Shown: one piece after another, positions 1-9,091 of the stretch
Layout of the letters: each line of letters begins with the position of its first letter
How positions within the stretch are numbered: the stretch's first letter is position 1
Origin: Promethearchaeia archaeon
GTDB taxonomy: Archaea; Asgardarchaeota; Lokiarchaeia; Sigyniarchaeales; SOKP01
Assembly: GCA_029856155.1 (NCBI GenBank)
Contig: JAHQWL010000069.1
Coordinates: 1 to 23,623 of the forward strand
Direction: 5' to 3'
DNA: 23,623 bases
Translations under genes and position numbers: made by a program
Notes under the pieces: model-generated
What the model was told of the DNA's origin: nothing
Database searches by the model: none
Seen by the model: the letters and a program-made list of their open reading frames with translations, nothing else

Positions 1-193
1 GAAGAACGTGGAAGATTAGGGAGGTTGATACCGGAAATCTTGCTCAATTTGAAACTAATATAACGCATTTAGACGGGTTTTAAATAAATTTGTCGAGTGA
101 GTGGGTTTTGACACTTAAGTTTTTTTTTAGGTTTTTAACAATCAAATTATCTTCCTAGATAATTTTTATTTATTAAGTTTAATTTGTATTTTT

Positions 194-1024
194 ATGGCTC
201 AAGATGATATTACTTTTGAAGGAACTGTTCAAGAAACTATGCTTGGTCCTTTGTGGGCAAGAGCTAAATATAGCCAATTATATCCCGAATTATTAGACGA
301 TCAGAGGGCAATTGAAATTATTGAAAACATCAATTATGATTTTTCCAAAATACAAGAATATCTTGGAGAGTGGCGTGGACTTGGACTTCTAGCTAGAGCT
401 AAAAGTTTTGATATAGCAGTAAATGAATTTATTGAAAATTACCCATTCGCTACAATTATAAATATTGGTGCGGGAATGGATACAACATTCTTCAGGGTAG
501 ATAATAATAAGATAATGTGGTATGATTTAGATTTACCAAGTGCCATTAAATACCGTAAAAAATTATTGCCTGATTCTGAAAGGAATATTTATATCCCAAA
601 ATCTGCTCTTGATTATTCGTGGTTTAAGGATATTAAATTTGAACCTGAAAAGGGTATTTATTTCATTGCTGGAGGTTTTGTATATTATTTTAAGGAAAAC
701 GAAATATCATCTCTAATTATTGAAATGGCTAAAGAATTCCCCGGAGCAGAGATGATTTTTGATACAACATCTAAATTAGCAAATAAAGTCATCAATAAGC
801 GAGCTAAAAAGACTAGTGAAAATGAAGTAAGAGTTCATTTTGGAGTTGGTAACCCAACAAAAGTATTTCCAAAATGGTCTTCTAAAATTAAGGTGCATGA
901 TTGGCATACAATTTGGGAAAGAATTCAAATAAATCCTAATTGGAACGAGAAAACTATATCTGCAATTAAGATATCTGAGCGTGTAAAAGCGGCAAAAATC
1001 GTTAGATTAAAATTTATAAAGTAA
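194..1024 (+). CDS. Class I SAM-dependent methyltransferase, leucine carboxyl methyltransferase/TcmP-like O-methyltransferase family
   Basis: VQETML.PLWARA N-terminus, SAM motif INIGAGMDT, WYDLDLP, and MIFD motif typical of the LCM/TcmP family. Confidence 0.88.
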   Translation: MAQDDITFEGTVQETMLGPLWARAKYSQLYPELLDDQRAIEIIENINYDFSKIQEYLGEWRGLGLLARAKSFDIAVNEFIENYPFATIINIGAGMDTTFFRVDNNKIMWYDLDLPSAIKYRKKLLPDSERNIYIPKSALDYSWFKDIKFEPEKGIYFIAGGFVYYFKENEISSLIIEMAKEFPGAEMIFDTTSKLANKVINKRAKKTSENEVRVHFGVGNPTKVFPKWSSKIKVHDWHTIWERIQINPNWNEKTISAIKISERVKAAKIVRLKFIK

Positions 1025-1045
1025 ATTTCAATTAAAAAGTAATTA

Positions 1046-1921
1046 TCACACTTTGTTATGTTGAGGAAAGCCACATTTTGGACATTTCCATCCAACAGGC
1101 ATATCGATTTCTTCTTCATTCCCACATTCTAAACATACCCAATGAGCTTTTTCTTTTTCTGCAGAATGGATTATAAAATCCTTAGGTTTAATAATCTTTC
1201 GTTTAAAATACGCTTTAGAACGACCACAGGAAACACATTTCCAATCATCTGGCAATTCGTCTAAAGTAACCTCATATCCACATTCCATACAGACCCAACC
1301 AGATATTTCTCTTTGTCCTAAAGATTTTTCATCAGGGACTAACTGTAAAACTTTACGTTGGAAGTATGACTTGAAATGACCGCAAGAAGGACAACTATAA
1401 TTATCAGATAATTCATTATCCGCAACTTCATACCCACATGCCATACACTTCCAGAATATAATCTCTTTTTTCCTAGAAAAAGCGTTAATTTTAACTAAAT
1501 CTAAGAGCATTTTAAGTCTTTGAGATTGATTTCTTTTAATCTGAGCGATCTTTTTTAATTTTTTAGCAATATCTTTATACCCTTCTGCCTCAGCAGTATT
1601 TGCGTAATTAGGGTAAAGATTTTGCCATTCCTCATCCATTTCCTTTATTGAAGATTCAATATTGTGTAATGTTGTACTATACGTAGTTGGACTCTTGATT
1701 TCTACAGTTAAACTTTCAAAAAACTCATTCTTTTTCAATTGTTGTAGCATTTCATAAAACCAATTTGCGTTTGAAAAATTTTGAAGCGCTAAAACCCTAA
1801 ATGTTTTTGAGATTAGTAAGAAACTCTCGTTTTTTGCAATTTCAGCGTAAATTTCATAATGAACCCTTGTCTGAGATTCTCTTATAAACCCAATCATCAG
1901 ATTATTAACCGTTCTTTTCAT
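1046..1921 (-). CDS. Rubrerythrin-like protein (degenerate di-iron four-helix bundle) with three C-terminal rubredoxin-like domains
   Basis: T..NL..GF..ESQ...Y..YA..A..E and LYP.YA.TAEAEGY.DIA match rubrerythrin; three WxCxxCG...CxxCG units (CMAC/CPSC, CMEC/CVSC, CLEC/CPKC); both ExxH motifs are replaced. Confidence 0.85.
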   Translation of the reverse strand: MKRTVNNLMIGFIRESQTRVHYEIYAEIAKNESFLLISKTFRVLALQNFSNANWFYEMLQQLKKNEFFESLTVEIKSPTTYSTTLHNIESSIKEMDEEWQNLYPNYANTAEAEGYKDIAKKLKKIAQIKRNQSQRLKMLLDLVKINAFSRKKEIIFWKCMACGYEVADNELSDNYSCPSCGHFKSYFQRKVLQLVPDEKSLGQREISGWVCMECGYEVTLDELPDDWKCVSCGRSKAYFKRKIIKPKDFIIHSAEKEKAHWVCLECGNEEEIDMPVGWKCPKCGFPQHNKV

Positions 1922-2012
1922 TAATATAGCCTTTTAAACAATTATTCTAAAATAGGTATTAAAATTAAAAAAAATAATATTATTATATTTCTAAATTGAT
2001 TCTTCCTTTAAC

Positions 2013-2774
2013 TTATAGTTTTTTAAGTATATTTCCGATATCAGATGGCATGAAAATTATGATCTTATTTGATGGCTCATGAGAAATATCTTGAATAGTT
2101 TGTAAAGATCTTAACTGGATTGCTGCGGGATATTGAGCTAATAACTCCGCAGCTTTTGCAATATTTTTCGCAGCCTCATATTCTCCTTCGGAAGCGATAA
2201 TTGTAGCACGTTTCTCACGCTCTTTCTCAGCTTGTACTGCCATGGCGCGTTTCATATTTTCTGGTAACTCAATTTGTTGAATCTTAATTTGGGTAATTTG
2301 AATACCCCATTCTCTTGTCTCCTCGTCGACAACATTTCGAATTTCTTGGGAAATTCTTTCTCTTTGTGTTAAGACTTCATCTAATTCCATACCTCCAATA
2401 ACATCTCTTAAAGCACCTTGTGTATAATTGAATACTGCTCTGACATGATTTTCAATTTTAGTTGTAGCATATTCAGGGTTTATAACTTTATAAAATACAC
2501 TTGTATCTGCTGTGACAGGAATATTATCTTTAGTAATTATATCTTGTTTCGCAATGTCTAAGGTTTTTATTCTTACATCAACCTCTATCGACTTCTCAAT
2601 CAGTGGTAGCACATAGATTATTCCAGGACCAATAGTTCTTTTATATCTCCCAAATCGAAAAATTATCCTACGTTTATATTCAGTTGCAGTTTTAAAACCT
2701 GTTAAAAGCCAGATAGCGAAAAAGAATAGTACTACACCAATTAAAATGCCTATAATCGTTCCAATTTCTGAAAT
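2013..2774 (-). CDS. SPFH/Band 7 (stomatin-like) membrane protein; true start is upstream of the ORF-track GTG (2612), probably ATT at 2774
   Basis: VDVRIKTLDI.KQDIITKDN, LRDVIGGMELDEVLTQRE, AMAVQAEKEREKRA and QLRSLQT are stomatin motifs; the frame stays open upstream through a TM helix (IIGILIGVVLFFFAIWLL) and EYKRRIIFRFGRY..TIGPG until a TAA at 2802-2804. Confidence 0.9.
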   Translation of the reverse strand: MSEIGTIIGILIGVVLFFFAIWLLTGFKTATEYKRRIIFRFGRYKRTIGPGIIYVLPLIEKSIEVDVRIKTLDIAKQDIITKDNIPVTADTSVFYKVINPEYATTKIENHVRAVFNYTQGALRDVIGGMELDEVLTQRERISQEIRNVVDEETREWGIQITQIKIQQIELPENMKRAMAVQAEKEREKRATIIASEGEYEAAKNIAKAAELLAQYPAAIQLRSLQTIQDISHEPSNKIIIFMPSDIGNILKKL

Positions 2775-2930
2775 TTCAATCCCTCCATTAATTCTAATTT
2801 TTTAAAGACTTAATATAGTTTTTTGAATAATTGGATAATTATGACATTATAAAAAATTAGGGTATAAAAAAATTCCGTTAGGAAAATTTGATATATGATA
2901 ATATTAATCAATTTATTCTAATTTTAGGTG

Positions 2931-4232
2931 TTAACAATATAAATATCTGTTAAACTCCCATTCCTTTTCTTTTCCATTAGATTTAGCAATTTCGTATTCT
3001 TGGAGTTCAGCATATTTTAAATTTATAAAAATCTTCATGAGCTCCTTTCCTAGAGTTTTTTTAATAAAAGTGCTTTTTTCAAAAGCTTGTAGTGATTCTT
3101 CTAAACTATCGGGAAGTTTTTCAATATTTAACTCTTTTCGTTCTTCATTAGTCATAGTATCAACATTTTTAGATGTAGGTTGATTTGGTTCTATCTTTCT
3201 TCTTATTCCTTCTAATCCTGCTGCTAATAATAAAGCACTGCCTAAATAAATATTCATCATTGCATCACCTGCTCTATATTCAACACGAGTTGAATTTTCA
3301 TATCCAGGCACACGGATTAATGCTGTTCTATTTCCTACACCCCATGAATTAAACACTGGTGCTTCATGATGGGGAATTAAACGTTTGTACGAATTAGTTG
3401 TAGGATTTAAAACAGCAGAGATCGCCTTTATATGGTGTTGAATTCCTCCAATATAATTTATTAGTTTATCACTCAAACTTTTATCAGCATCAGTAAATGC
3501 ATTATCACCATTTTTTTCGAGACATTGATGAATATGCAACCCGCTTCCCGCTATGCTCTCAAAAGGTTTTGGCATGTAAGTACAAATTAATTTATTATAA
3601 AAAGCTCTGACTTTCGTAATTAATTTAGCGGTTTGGACATTATCCGCTTGTCTTAACGCATCATCTGCTATGAATTCAACTTCCTGTTGTCCAAAACCTA
3701 CTTCATGATGTATTGTTTTTACACCAATATTCATAAACATCATATCATCTGTAATCTGGCGACGTAGATCCTGGAATTCATCCTTAGGCAGTAAATCCAT
3801 ATACGTTCCTTTATCTCCTGGTTTTAGATCGTTTGTAATAAAATACCATTCCAATTCTGGTCTTGTATTAAATTTAAATTGCATAGAATTGGCTTTATCA
3901 ATTATTTTTTTAAGTATCCCCCGAGGACATGTGGGATAAGGATTCCCTTGATTATCAGTTAGATCACATATAAAACGTCCTACTCTTGGATTCCAAGGAG
4001 AAATACAAAAAGTATTAAAATCTGGTACAATTCGCATATCACTTTGTTCTGTTGTAAGAAAACCTAAACTTGATCCATCAATACCAGTTCCGTATTTCAA
4101 GTCTTCCCATATTTTCGCAGGAAACTCAACTGCTTTAAATTCACCCAAAATCGTTGTAAATTGAAATTGGATATAATCTATTGCGTTCTCTTTAAAAATA
4201 TGATTAAATTCAGTCATTTCTTTACTTGTCAT
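2931..4232 (-). CDS. glnA: Glutamine synthetase type I (GlnA family)
   Basis: IDGSS, SDM, PELEWY, HHEVG..QQE, YMPKP...AGSGLHIH, NSYKRL.P..EAP, NRTALIRVP, RVEYR motifs. Confidence 0.9.
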   Translation of the reverse strand: MTSKEMTEFNHIFKENAIDYIQFQFTTILGEFKAVEFPAKIWEDLKYGTGIDGSSLGFLTTEQSDMRIVPDFNTFCISPWNPRVGRFICDLTDNQGNPYPTCPRGILKKIIDKANSMQFKFNTRPELEWYFITNDLKPGDKGTYMDLLPKDEFQDLRRQITDDMMFMNIGVKTIHHEVGFGQQEVEFIADDALRQADNVQTAKLITKVRAFYNKLICTYMPKPFESIAGSGLHIHQCLEKNGDNAFTDADKSLSDKLINYIGGIQHHIKAISAVLNPTTNSYKRLIPHHEAPVFNSWGVGNRTALIRVPGYENSTRVEYRAGDAMMNIYLGSALLLAAGLEGIRRKIEPNQPTSKNVDTMTNEERKELNIEKLPDSLEESLQAFEKSTFIKKTLGKELMKIFINLKYAELQEYEIAKSNGKEKEWEFNRYLYC

Positions 4233-4248
4233 TTTATTTTGTTTAACA

Positions 4249-4455
4249 CTATTTTCTTAATACTAAATTTGCAAAATATTCAAAATTCCTATTGTAAGAT
4301 CTTTCCGCTTCTTTGGAAATCTTAGCAAATACACACCCGGGTAATTGATTCATTGAAAGATGGTATTCTACGCATTCACAACATTTTCCTCTCCTATGGC
4401 AATCGTATGTACACGTACAATTGTTTTTTCTTTCTTCTTGATTACACTCAGTCAT
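4249..4455 (-). CDS. Small Cys-rich protein (DUF6485-like), 16 bp upstream of glnA
   Basis: C-x8-CxCTY.C.RRGKCCECV.YHL...QLPGC.F....E.SY.R..E.F pattern recalled for DUF6485; not verified by search. Confidence 0.75.
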   Translation of the reverse strand: MTECNQEERKNNCTCTYDCHRRGKCCECVEYHLSMNQLPGCVFAKISKEAERSYNRNFEYFANLVLRK

Positions 4456-4625
4456 GATTCCATTGAAAATGCTTATTTCTTTTTATAACTTTTAATAGTC
4501 TAAATAAACCATAACTTTTAAAAGTGGAATAAATATGAAGAAAATTCAATCAATTAAGTATGGACAATATGCTTGAAAATAATGAAAATAAAAAATAAAT
4601 AAGAAAAAAATAGCTAAAAAGACGT

Positions 4626-7034
4626 TTAATGATTATTTTTACTTCTTTTTGACTTTACTATTATAATTGTAGCAACTCCAAATATAGCACTAAGCATAAT
4701 TAAAATATCATAACCAGGTATCATCGATTCCTCTGTATGAGGCTCTCTCGCAGACCATACCAGATTATAAACATTTCCAGAAGTATCACCAATGATTCTT
4801 ATATAGTATGTTCCATTCGATGGTAGTTTATAGCTAATAAATTCATTATCACTCATTGTGAAATTACTGGTTATTTTGGAATAATCCCACTTGTAAATCT
4901 CAATACCAACTGGTCCTTCCTGATAATCATACGTAACTAGAACATACAGATGCGTACGTACAGAATCAATTGTTATTCTGTACCAATCATTATCATATTG
5001 CAAACCTAATCCATTAATACTCCATAGTTCATTATGCTCATCATCCGATAGGTCATAGGCAGTTGTCGGGTCATCATTTTCTTCATAATAATCATCGGGT
5101 CTAAAATCAGTTCTGAGATCATCATACAAAAGATCATATTCTAACCCTATATTGTCTCCGGAAACAAGAATATAATAAACACCTGAATTTATGCTGAAAT
5201 ACTCGATATCCATACTATTATCACCAGTCATAGAATAATTTGAGCCTATCCAACCATAATCCCATTCACTCCACCTTTCGTAGATATCAACATAAATATT
5301 TCCGAGTGATTTATTAAATTTAAGATTCACAGTCAAATGTTGGAACCCAGGCGATACTTCAATCTCGTACCAATCACTATATTCTTGAACTGCCAATCCA
5401 CCAATATTACTTAACCATTTACGTTCGTAGTCTGTAAGATGATATGCTTCATATGAGTCGTCATTGTCTTCATACCAATCCTCCAATATCCAAATATCCA
5501 TATCATAATGGACATCCGAATCTCCATCCTGCTGGTACACTCGAATTCGCCAATCTCCAGAAATATCTGTTCTGAACTTGACATGTTCTTTTTCCATTTC
5601 CCATGTTTGAGTACTAATATAAGAGCTTGCTCGTTTAGTATGTGACGGATCATAAAGTTCCAATTGTAAATTGCCTGCCTCCTGTTCGAAATGAATAGTA
5701 ACTTCGATTATTTCACCAGAATCCAAGTAAGTATGAAACCAATCTTCATCATCACCTATTATTCGCAAATCACTATACCAATTTGGATCGACCCATGCTG
5801 AAGTCCCAAATCCGTCATTTTCTTCAAAAATATCATCACCAGACCATCCCTTATCTAAATATATATCCAAATCGTAATACATATCTCCACTTCCAGATGC
5901 ACGATACACTCGAATCCGCCAATCCCCTGATATATCAGCAGTAAAATAAATATCTTCATCACTATCACTATCATAAGATCCATCTCGATGTGTATAAGAA
6001 GGATCATACAGTTCTAACTCTAAATCACCAAACATATTATCGAAATATATATGAATATTAATACTATCACCAGAAGTTAAATATATTCCAAACCAGTCTT
6101 CATCAGACCCCATCATAATTAAATTAGGATAATAATCTGGATCAATCCAAGCAGGGCTATAAAAGTCATCATTTTCTTCAAAAATATCATCTCCTGTAGA
6201 TAACCATATATCTAAATCATAATATTCATCAACAGATCCAGAAACTCGATACACTCGAATCCGCCAATCTCCTGACATATCTGCTGTAAAATAGATATGT
6301 TCATCATTATCACTATCATAAGATCCAGATCGATAGCTATTAGAAGGATCATATAGTTCTAACTCCAAATTACCATCAAAATTATTAAAATAAATACTGA
6401 AATCGATTGTACTACCATAATCTAAATAAGTTCTATACCAATCCTCGTCATAACCTATCATTTTCAAATTGGAATACCAATTTGGATCAACATAAGCAGC
6501 ACTCCAAAAATCATCATTTTCTTCAAATTGGTCATCTATAGGCATCAAATCCTCCCACCATAAATCATATGAATTACCGGCGTTAGCACCTAAAACTAAC
6601 AGATAATAGACATTACTTGGAAATAAATCGAATTCTAAGTGTTCATTATCATCCATTGAGTAGTTTCCATTTACATAATTATAGTTCCAATCATAAACTT
6701 CGATATCAATATTCCCAAGAGAATGATTAAAAATCAAATCAACCTTTAATCGCTCTTCTCCCAGATTTATTTCAATTTGGTACCAATCATCATCCCAAAG
6801 TGTGCCCGTTCCACTGATAGAACTCAGCCAATTTGCTTCATTAAACCTTATATCATAAGCAGTAGTAGGGTCGTTGTTTACTTCATAAACATCTTCTGGA
6901 TCGCTCATAGAAATCGAGTTTTCATCAAATAAATCATTTTTTGGTACATTTTTAACCAGTGATATACCCGAAATCATAATAAGAAGTAAAAGTAGTAAAA
7001 TTATCCCCCGTTGATATTTTTTTTTAAATCTCAT
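4626..7034 (-). CDS. Acidic cell-surface protein with six PPC-like beta-sandwich repeats and a C-terminal IPGY-TM-basic (PGF/Loki-CTERM-like) sorting signal
   Basis: N-terminal basic + hydrophobic signal; six ~115-130 aa repeats starting D.(Y/F)E.N(D/N), each with a D.DW(Y/F)-type motif; C-terminus IPGYDILIMLSAIFGVATIIIVKSKRSK. Confidence 0.85.
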   Translation of the reverse strand: MRFKKKYQRGIILLLLLLIMISGISLVKNVPKNDLFDENSISMSDPEDVYEVNNDPTTAYDIRFNEANWLSSISGTGTLWDDDWYQIEINLGEERLKVDLIFNHSLGNIDIEVYDWNYNYVNGNYSMDDNEHLEFDLFPSNVYYLLVLGANAGNSYDLWWEDLMPIDDQFEENDDFWSAAYVDPNWYSNLKMIGYDEDWYRTYLDYGSTIDFSIYFNNFDGNLELELYDPSNSYRSGSYDSDNDEHIYFTADMSGDWRIRVYRVSGSVDEYYDLDIWLSTGDDIFEENDDFYSPAWIDPDYYPNLIMMGSDEDWFGIYLTSGDSINIHIYFDNMFGDLELELYDPSYTHRDGSYDSDSDEDIYFTADISGDWRIRVYRASGSGDMYYDLDIYLDKGWSGDDIFEENDGFGTSAWVDPNWYSDLRIIGDDEDWFHTYLDSGEIIEVTIHFEQEAGNLQLELYDPSHTKRASSYISTQTWEMEKEHVKFRTDISGDWRIRVYQQDGDSDVHYDMDIWILEDWYEDNDDSYEAYHLTDYERKWLSNIGGLAVQEYSDWYEIEVSPGFQHLTVNLKFNKSLGNIYVDIYERWSEWDYGWIGSNYSMTGDNSMDIEYFSINSGVYYILVSGDNIGLEYDLLYDDLRTDFRPDDYYEENDDPTTAYDLSDDEHNELWSINGLGLQYDNDWYRITIDSVRTHLYVLVTYDYQEGPVGIEIYKWDYSKITSNFTMSDNEFISYKLPSNGTYYIRIIGDTSGNVYNLVWSAREPHTEESMIPGYDILIMLSAIFGVATIIIVKSKRSKNNH
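5536..6269. repeat. Internal coding repeats of the surface protein (repeats 2-4)
   Basis: TACACTCGAAT(C/T)CGCCAATC recurs at 5536, 5905 and 6250 (spacings 369 and 345 nt), encoding DWRIRVY. Confidence 0.85.
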
Positions 7035-7233
7035 ACGATATTATCCTCGATCCAAACTTATAAATTTTCACATATGAGTAGAATGAACTATATGGAGTGA
7101 AATACTAATTATTAAATTATTTACTGGTGAAATATATCGATTCTATTTTATTCTATTCTAAATTTTGCATATAAAAAACTGAAATTGAAAACCATTTAAG
7201 TAAAGCAAAAGATTTTTTTTTTAAAAAAAGAGA

Positions 7234-7350
7234 TTAATCAGCCAAACTAAAAGTGCAATCACTATCTCCACATCCAGGACACTTGAAACCTTCTTCTGGA
7301 AAATCATCTAATTCAAATTGATGACCACACTTGTCACATTTCCACAGCAT
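7234..7350 (-). CDS. Small rubredoxin-like / zinc-ribbon protein, 38 aa (not in ORF track)
   Basis: Manual translation MLWKCDKCGHQFELDDFPEEGFKCPGCGDSDCTFSLAD*; WxCxxCG...CPxCG; purine-rich AAAGAGA upstream and T-tract downstream. Confidence 0.85.
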   Translation of the reverse strand: MLWKCDKCGHQFELDDFPEEGFKCPGCGDSDCTFSLAD

Positions 7351-7475
7351 TAATATCTCTTTTTAAATCAATTGTAAAAATCCTATCTATTAAGATAAAA
7401 AGAATCTAAATTTAAAGTTTTTCGAAAAACTAAGCCTTAAATTATAAATATATTACTTTTATATGCTCAATTAAC

Positions 7476-8006
7476 TTATGAGATTAAAGAAATCACTTCT
7501 TTAAAAATAATTTGTGAATTTTGGTGATTTAAATTCATTAGAAGAACAGAAGAGAGGTTTAAAAGATAATTTTTGAGCGGATTTTTTAAATTTAAGCCAA
7601 TTGTGGCAATAATTGATACATCAGTACTAAATATCATCTTGATGAATTTTTGAAATTTTTCTGAAAAAAGTTCCATTTTACCAATTTCATCAATGACAAT
7701 CAAATCAACTTGCTTTTTTTCAAGAGCTAAGGTTTTTTCAAGGAACTTATCAAACTTATCGATAAATATTTTGTATTTCCCTAGCTTAAATTTAGTATTA
7801 ACTGTACCCACTCTTGCTAACTGAGATTTTTCCCCAGAATAAATATCTATTATATCAAAACCAATTCTATTACCATGTTCTCTAACCTCTGGAGTTAGAA
7901 ACCCATAAATTGTAAATTTTTGCTTAGAAAAATATTCTATCAATTTTGATATTAGAGTTGATTTACCACATTGAGGTGGACCTGTAATAAGTATTTTCCT
8001 ACTCAT
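7476..8006 (-). CDS. Nucleoside-triphosphatase, THEP1/NTPase_1 family
   Basis: Walker A ITGPPQCGKST, GFLTPEVRE.G.RIGFDI, GKY, Walker B IVIDEIGKMEL. Confidence 0.92.
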   Translation of the reverse strand: MSRKILITGPPQCGKSTLISKLIEYFSKQKFTIYGFLTPEVREHGNRIGFDIIDIYSGEKSQLARVGTVNTKFKLGKYKIFIDKFDKFLEKTLALEKKQVDLIVIDEIGKMELFSEKFQKFIKMIFSTDVSIIATIGLNLKNPLKNYLLNLSSVLLMNLNHQNSQIIFKEVISLIS

Positions 8007-8105
8007 TTAATTAATAAATTAAAACTTTAATTATAGTAAGAATTTAGTTGAAATTATAAAATAATTATTTAATTATTTGTATAAAATAAAAATGGAGATG
8101 AAATA

Positions 8106-9053
8106 ATGAAAAGTACTACTTTTACATTTAAAGATCAAGATGGAATTACGATTTTTGTATATAAATGGGAACCTGAAACAGAACCTAAAGCTGCTGTACA
8201 GATTCTTCATGGATTAGCAGAACACGCAAAGAGATATACTCGAGTAGCAGAAGCATTATGTAAAGAAGGGTATATATGTTATGCAAATGATCAGCCTGGT
8301 CATGGCTTAACTGCTGGTGATTTAACAGAAGCCACTCTCGAAGGGCATGCGGGTGTTTTAGGTCCAAGTGGATGGAGAGGTGTTGTAAATGCGGTTCATG
8401 ACCTATCAAATATCATAAAGAAAGAAAATCCGAATCTTTCATTATTCTTAATAGGACATTCCTGGGGTGCTATGCTTGCTCAAGATTACATTCAAGATTG
8501 GGGTGATGAAATAAAGGGATGTATATTAAGTGGCACTAACGGCAAAGTAAGAGGGATGGTAATTAAAGCAGGGAAGTTACTTCTTAAAAGCGAAATGAAG
8601 AAGCTTGGACCGACTGAACCGAGTAAAAAAATGTATGATATGAATTTTAAAACTTATAATCGTGATTGGGATAAAGAAGACGGCGCAACAGGATTTGAAT
8701 GGCTCAGCAGAGATAAAAATGAAGTTCAAAAATATATAGATGATCCTTGGTGTGGTTTTATTCCGCCAGCGAGGCTTTGGCTTGAATTCCTTTATGGATT
8801 TGAGAAAATGTATGATTCAAAAAATGAACAAAAAATACCAAAAGATTTACCCATTTATGTTATATCTGGAGCCTTATGCCCTATAGGAAATAAGACTAAA
8901 TATGTACAAGGTTTGATTGATCGCTATAAAAAATATGGCATTAAAGATGTTACCTACAAATTTTATCAAGACGCACGGCATGAAATATTTAATGAAATAA
9001 ATCGTGAAGAAATCTTTCAAGACGTAATAAACTGGCTGAATTCTCACTTATAG
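8106..9053 (+). CDS. Alpha/beta hydrolase, lysophospholipase/monoacylglycerol lipase family
   Basis: HGLAEH..RY, DQPGHG, nucleophile elbow GHSWG, WLSRD...V.KY..DP.CGF, ARHEIFNE; GGAG 8 nt before ATG. Confidence 0.9.
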   Translation: MKSTTFTFKDQDGITIFVYKWEPETEPKAAVQILHGLAEHAKRYTRVAEALCKEGYICYANDQPGHGLTAGDLTEATLEGHAGVLGPSGWRGVVNAVHDLSNIIKKENPNLSLFLIGHSWGAMLAQDYIQDWGDEIKGCILSGTNGKVRGMVIKAGKLLLKSEMKKLGPTEPSKKMYDMNFKTYNRDWDKEDGATGFEWLSRDKNEVQKYIDDPWCGFIPPARLWLEFLYGFEKMYDSKNEQKIPKDLPIYVISGALCPIGNKTKYVQGLIDRYKKYGIKDVTYKFYQDARHEIFNEINREEIFQDVINWLNSHL

Positions 9054-9091
9054 TAGTTAAAAACTATAAAAACAAATCTTTTTTTAAAATT

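Noticed and set aside
1-83. Possible 3' end of a CDS entering the window (frame 1 EERGRLGRLIPEILLNLKLI* ending at 63, or frame 3 ending ...HLDGF* at 83), followed by a T-tract at 120-128
   Set aside because: Too short to choose the frame or name a product.
925-1125. 66-aa minus-strand ORF
   Set aside because: Overlaps the ends of two well-supported genes; no motifs.
5411-5653. 80-aa ORF inside the surface-protein gene
   Set aside because: Alternative-frame shadow of a well-supported CDS.
8185-8409. 74-aa antisense ORF in the lipase gene
   Set aside because: Shadow ORF; composition reflects the antisense codons.
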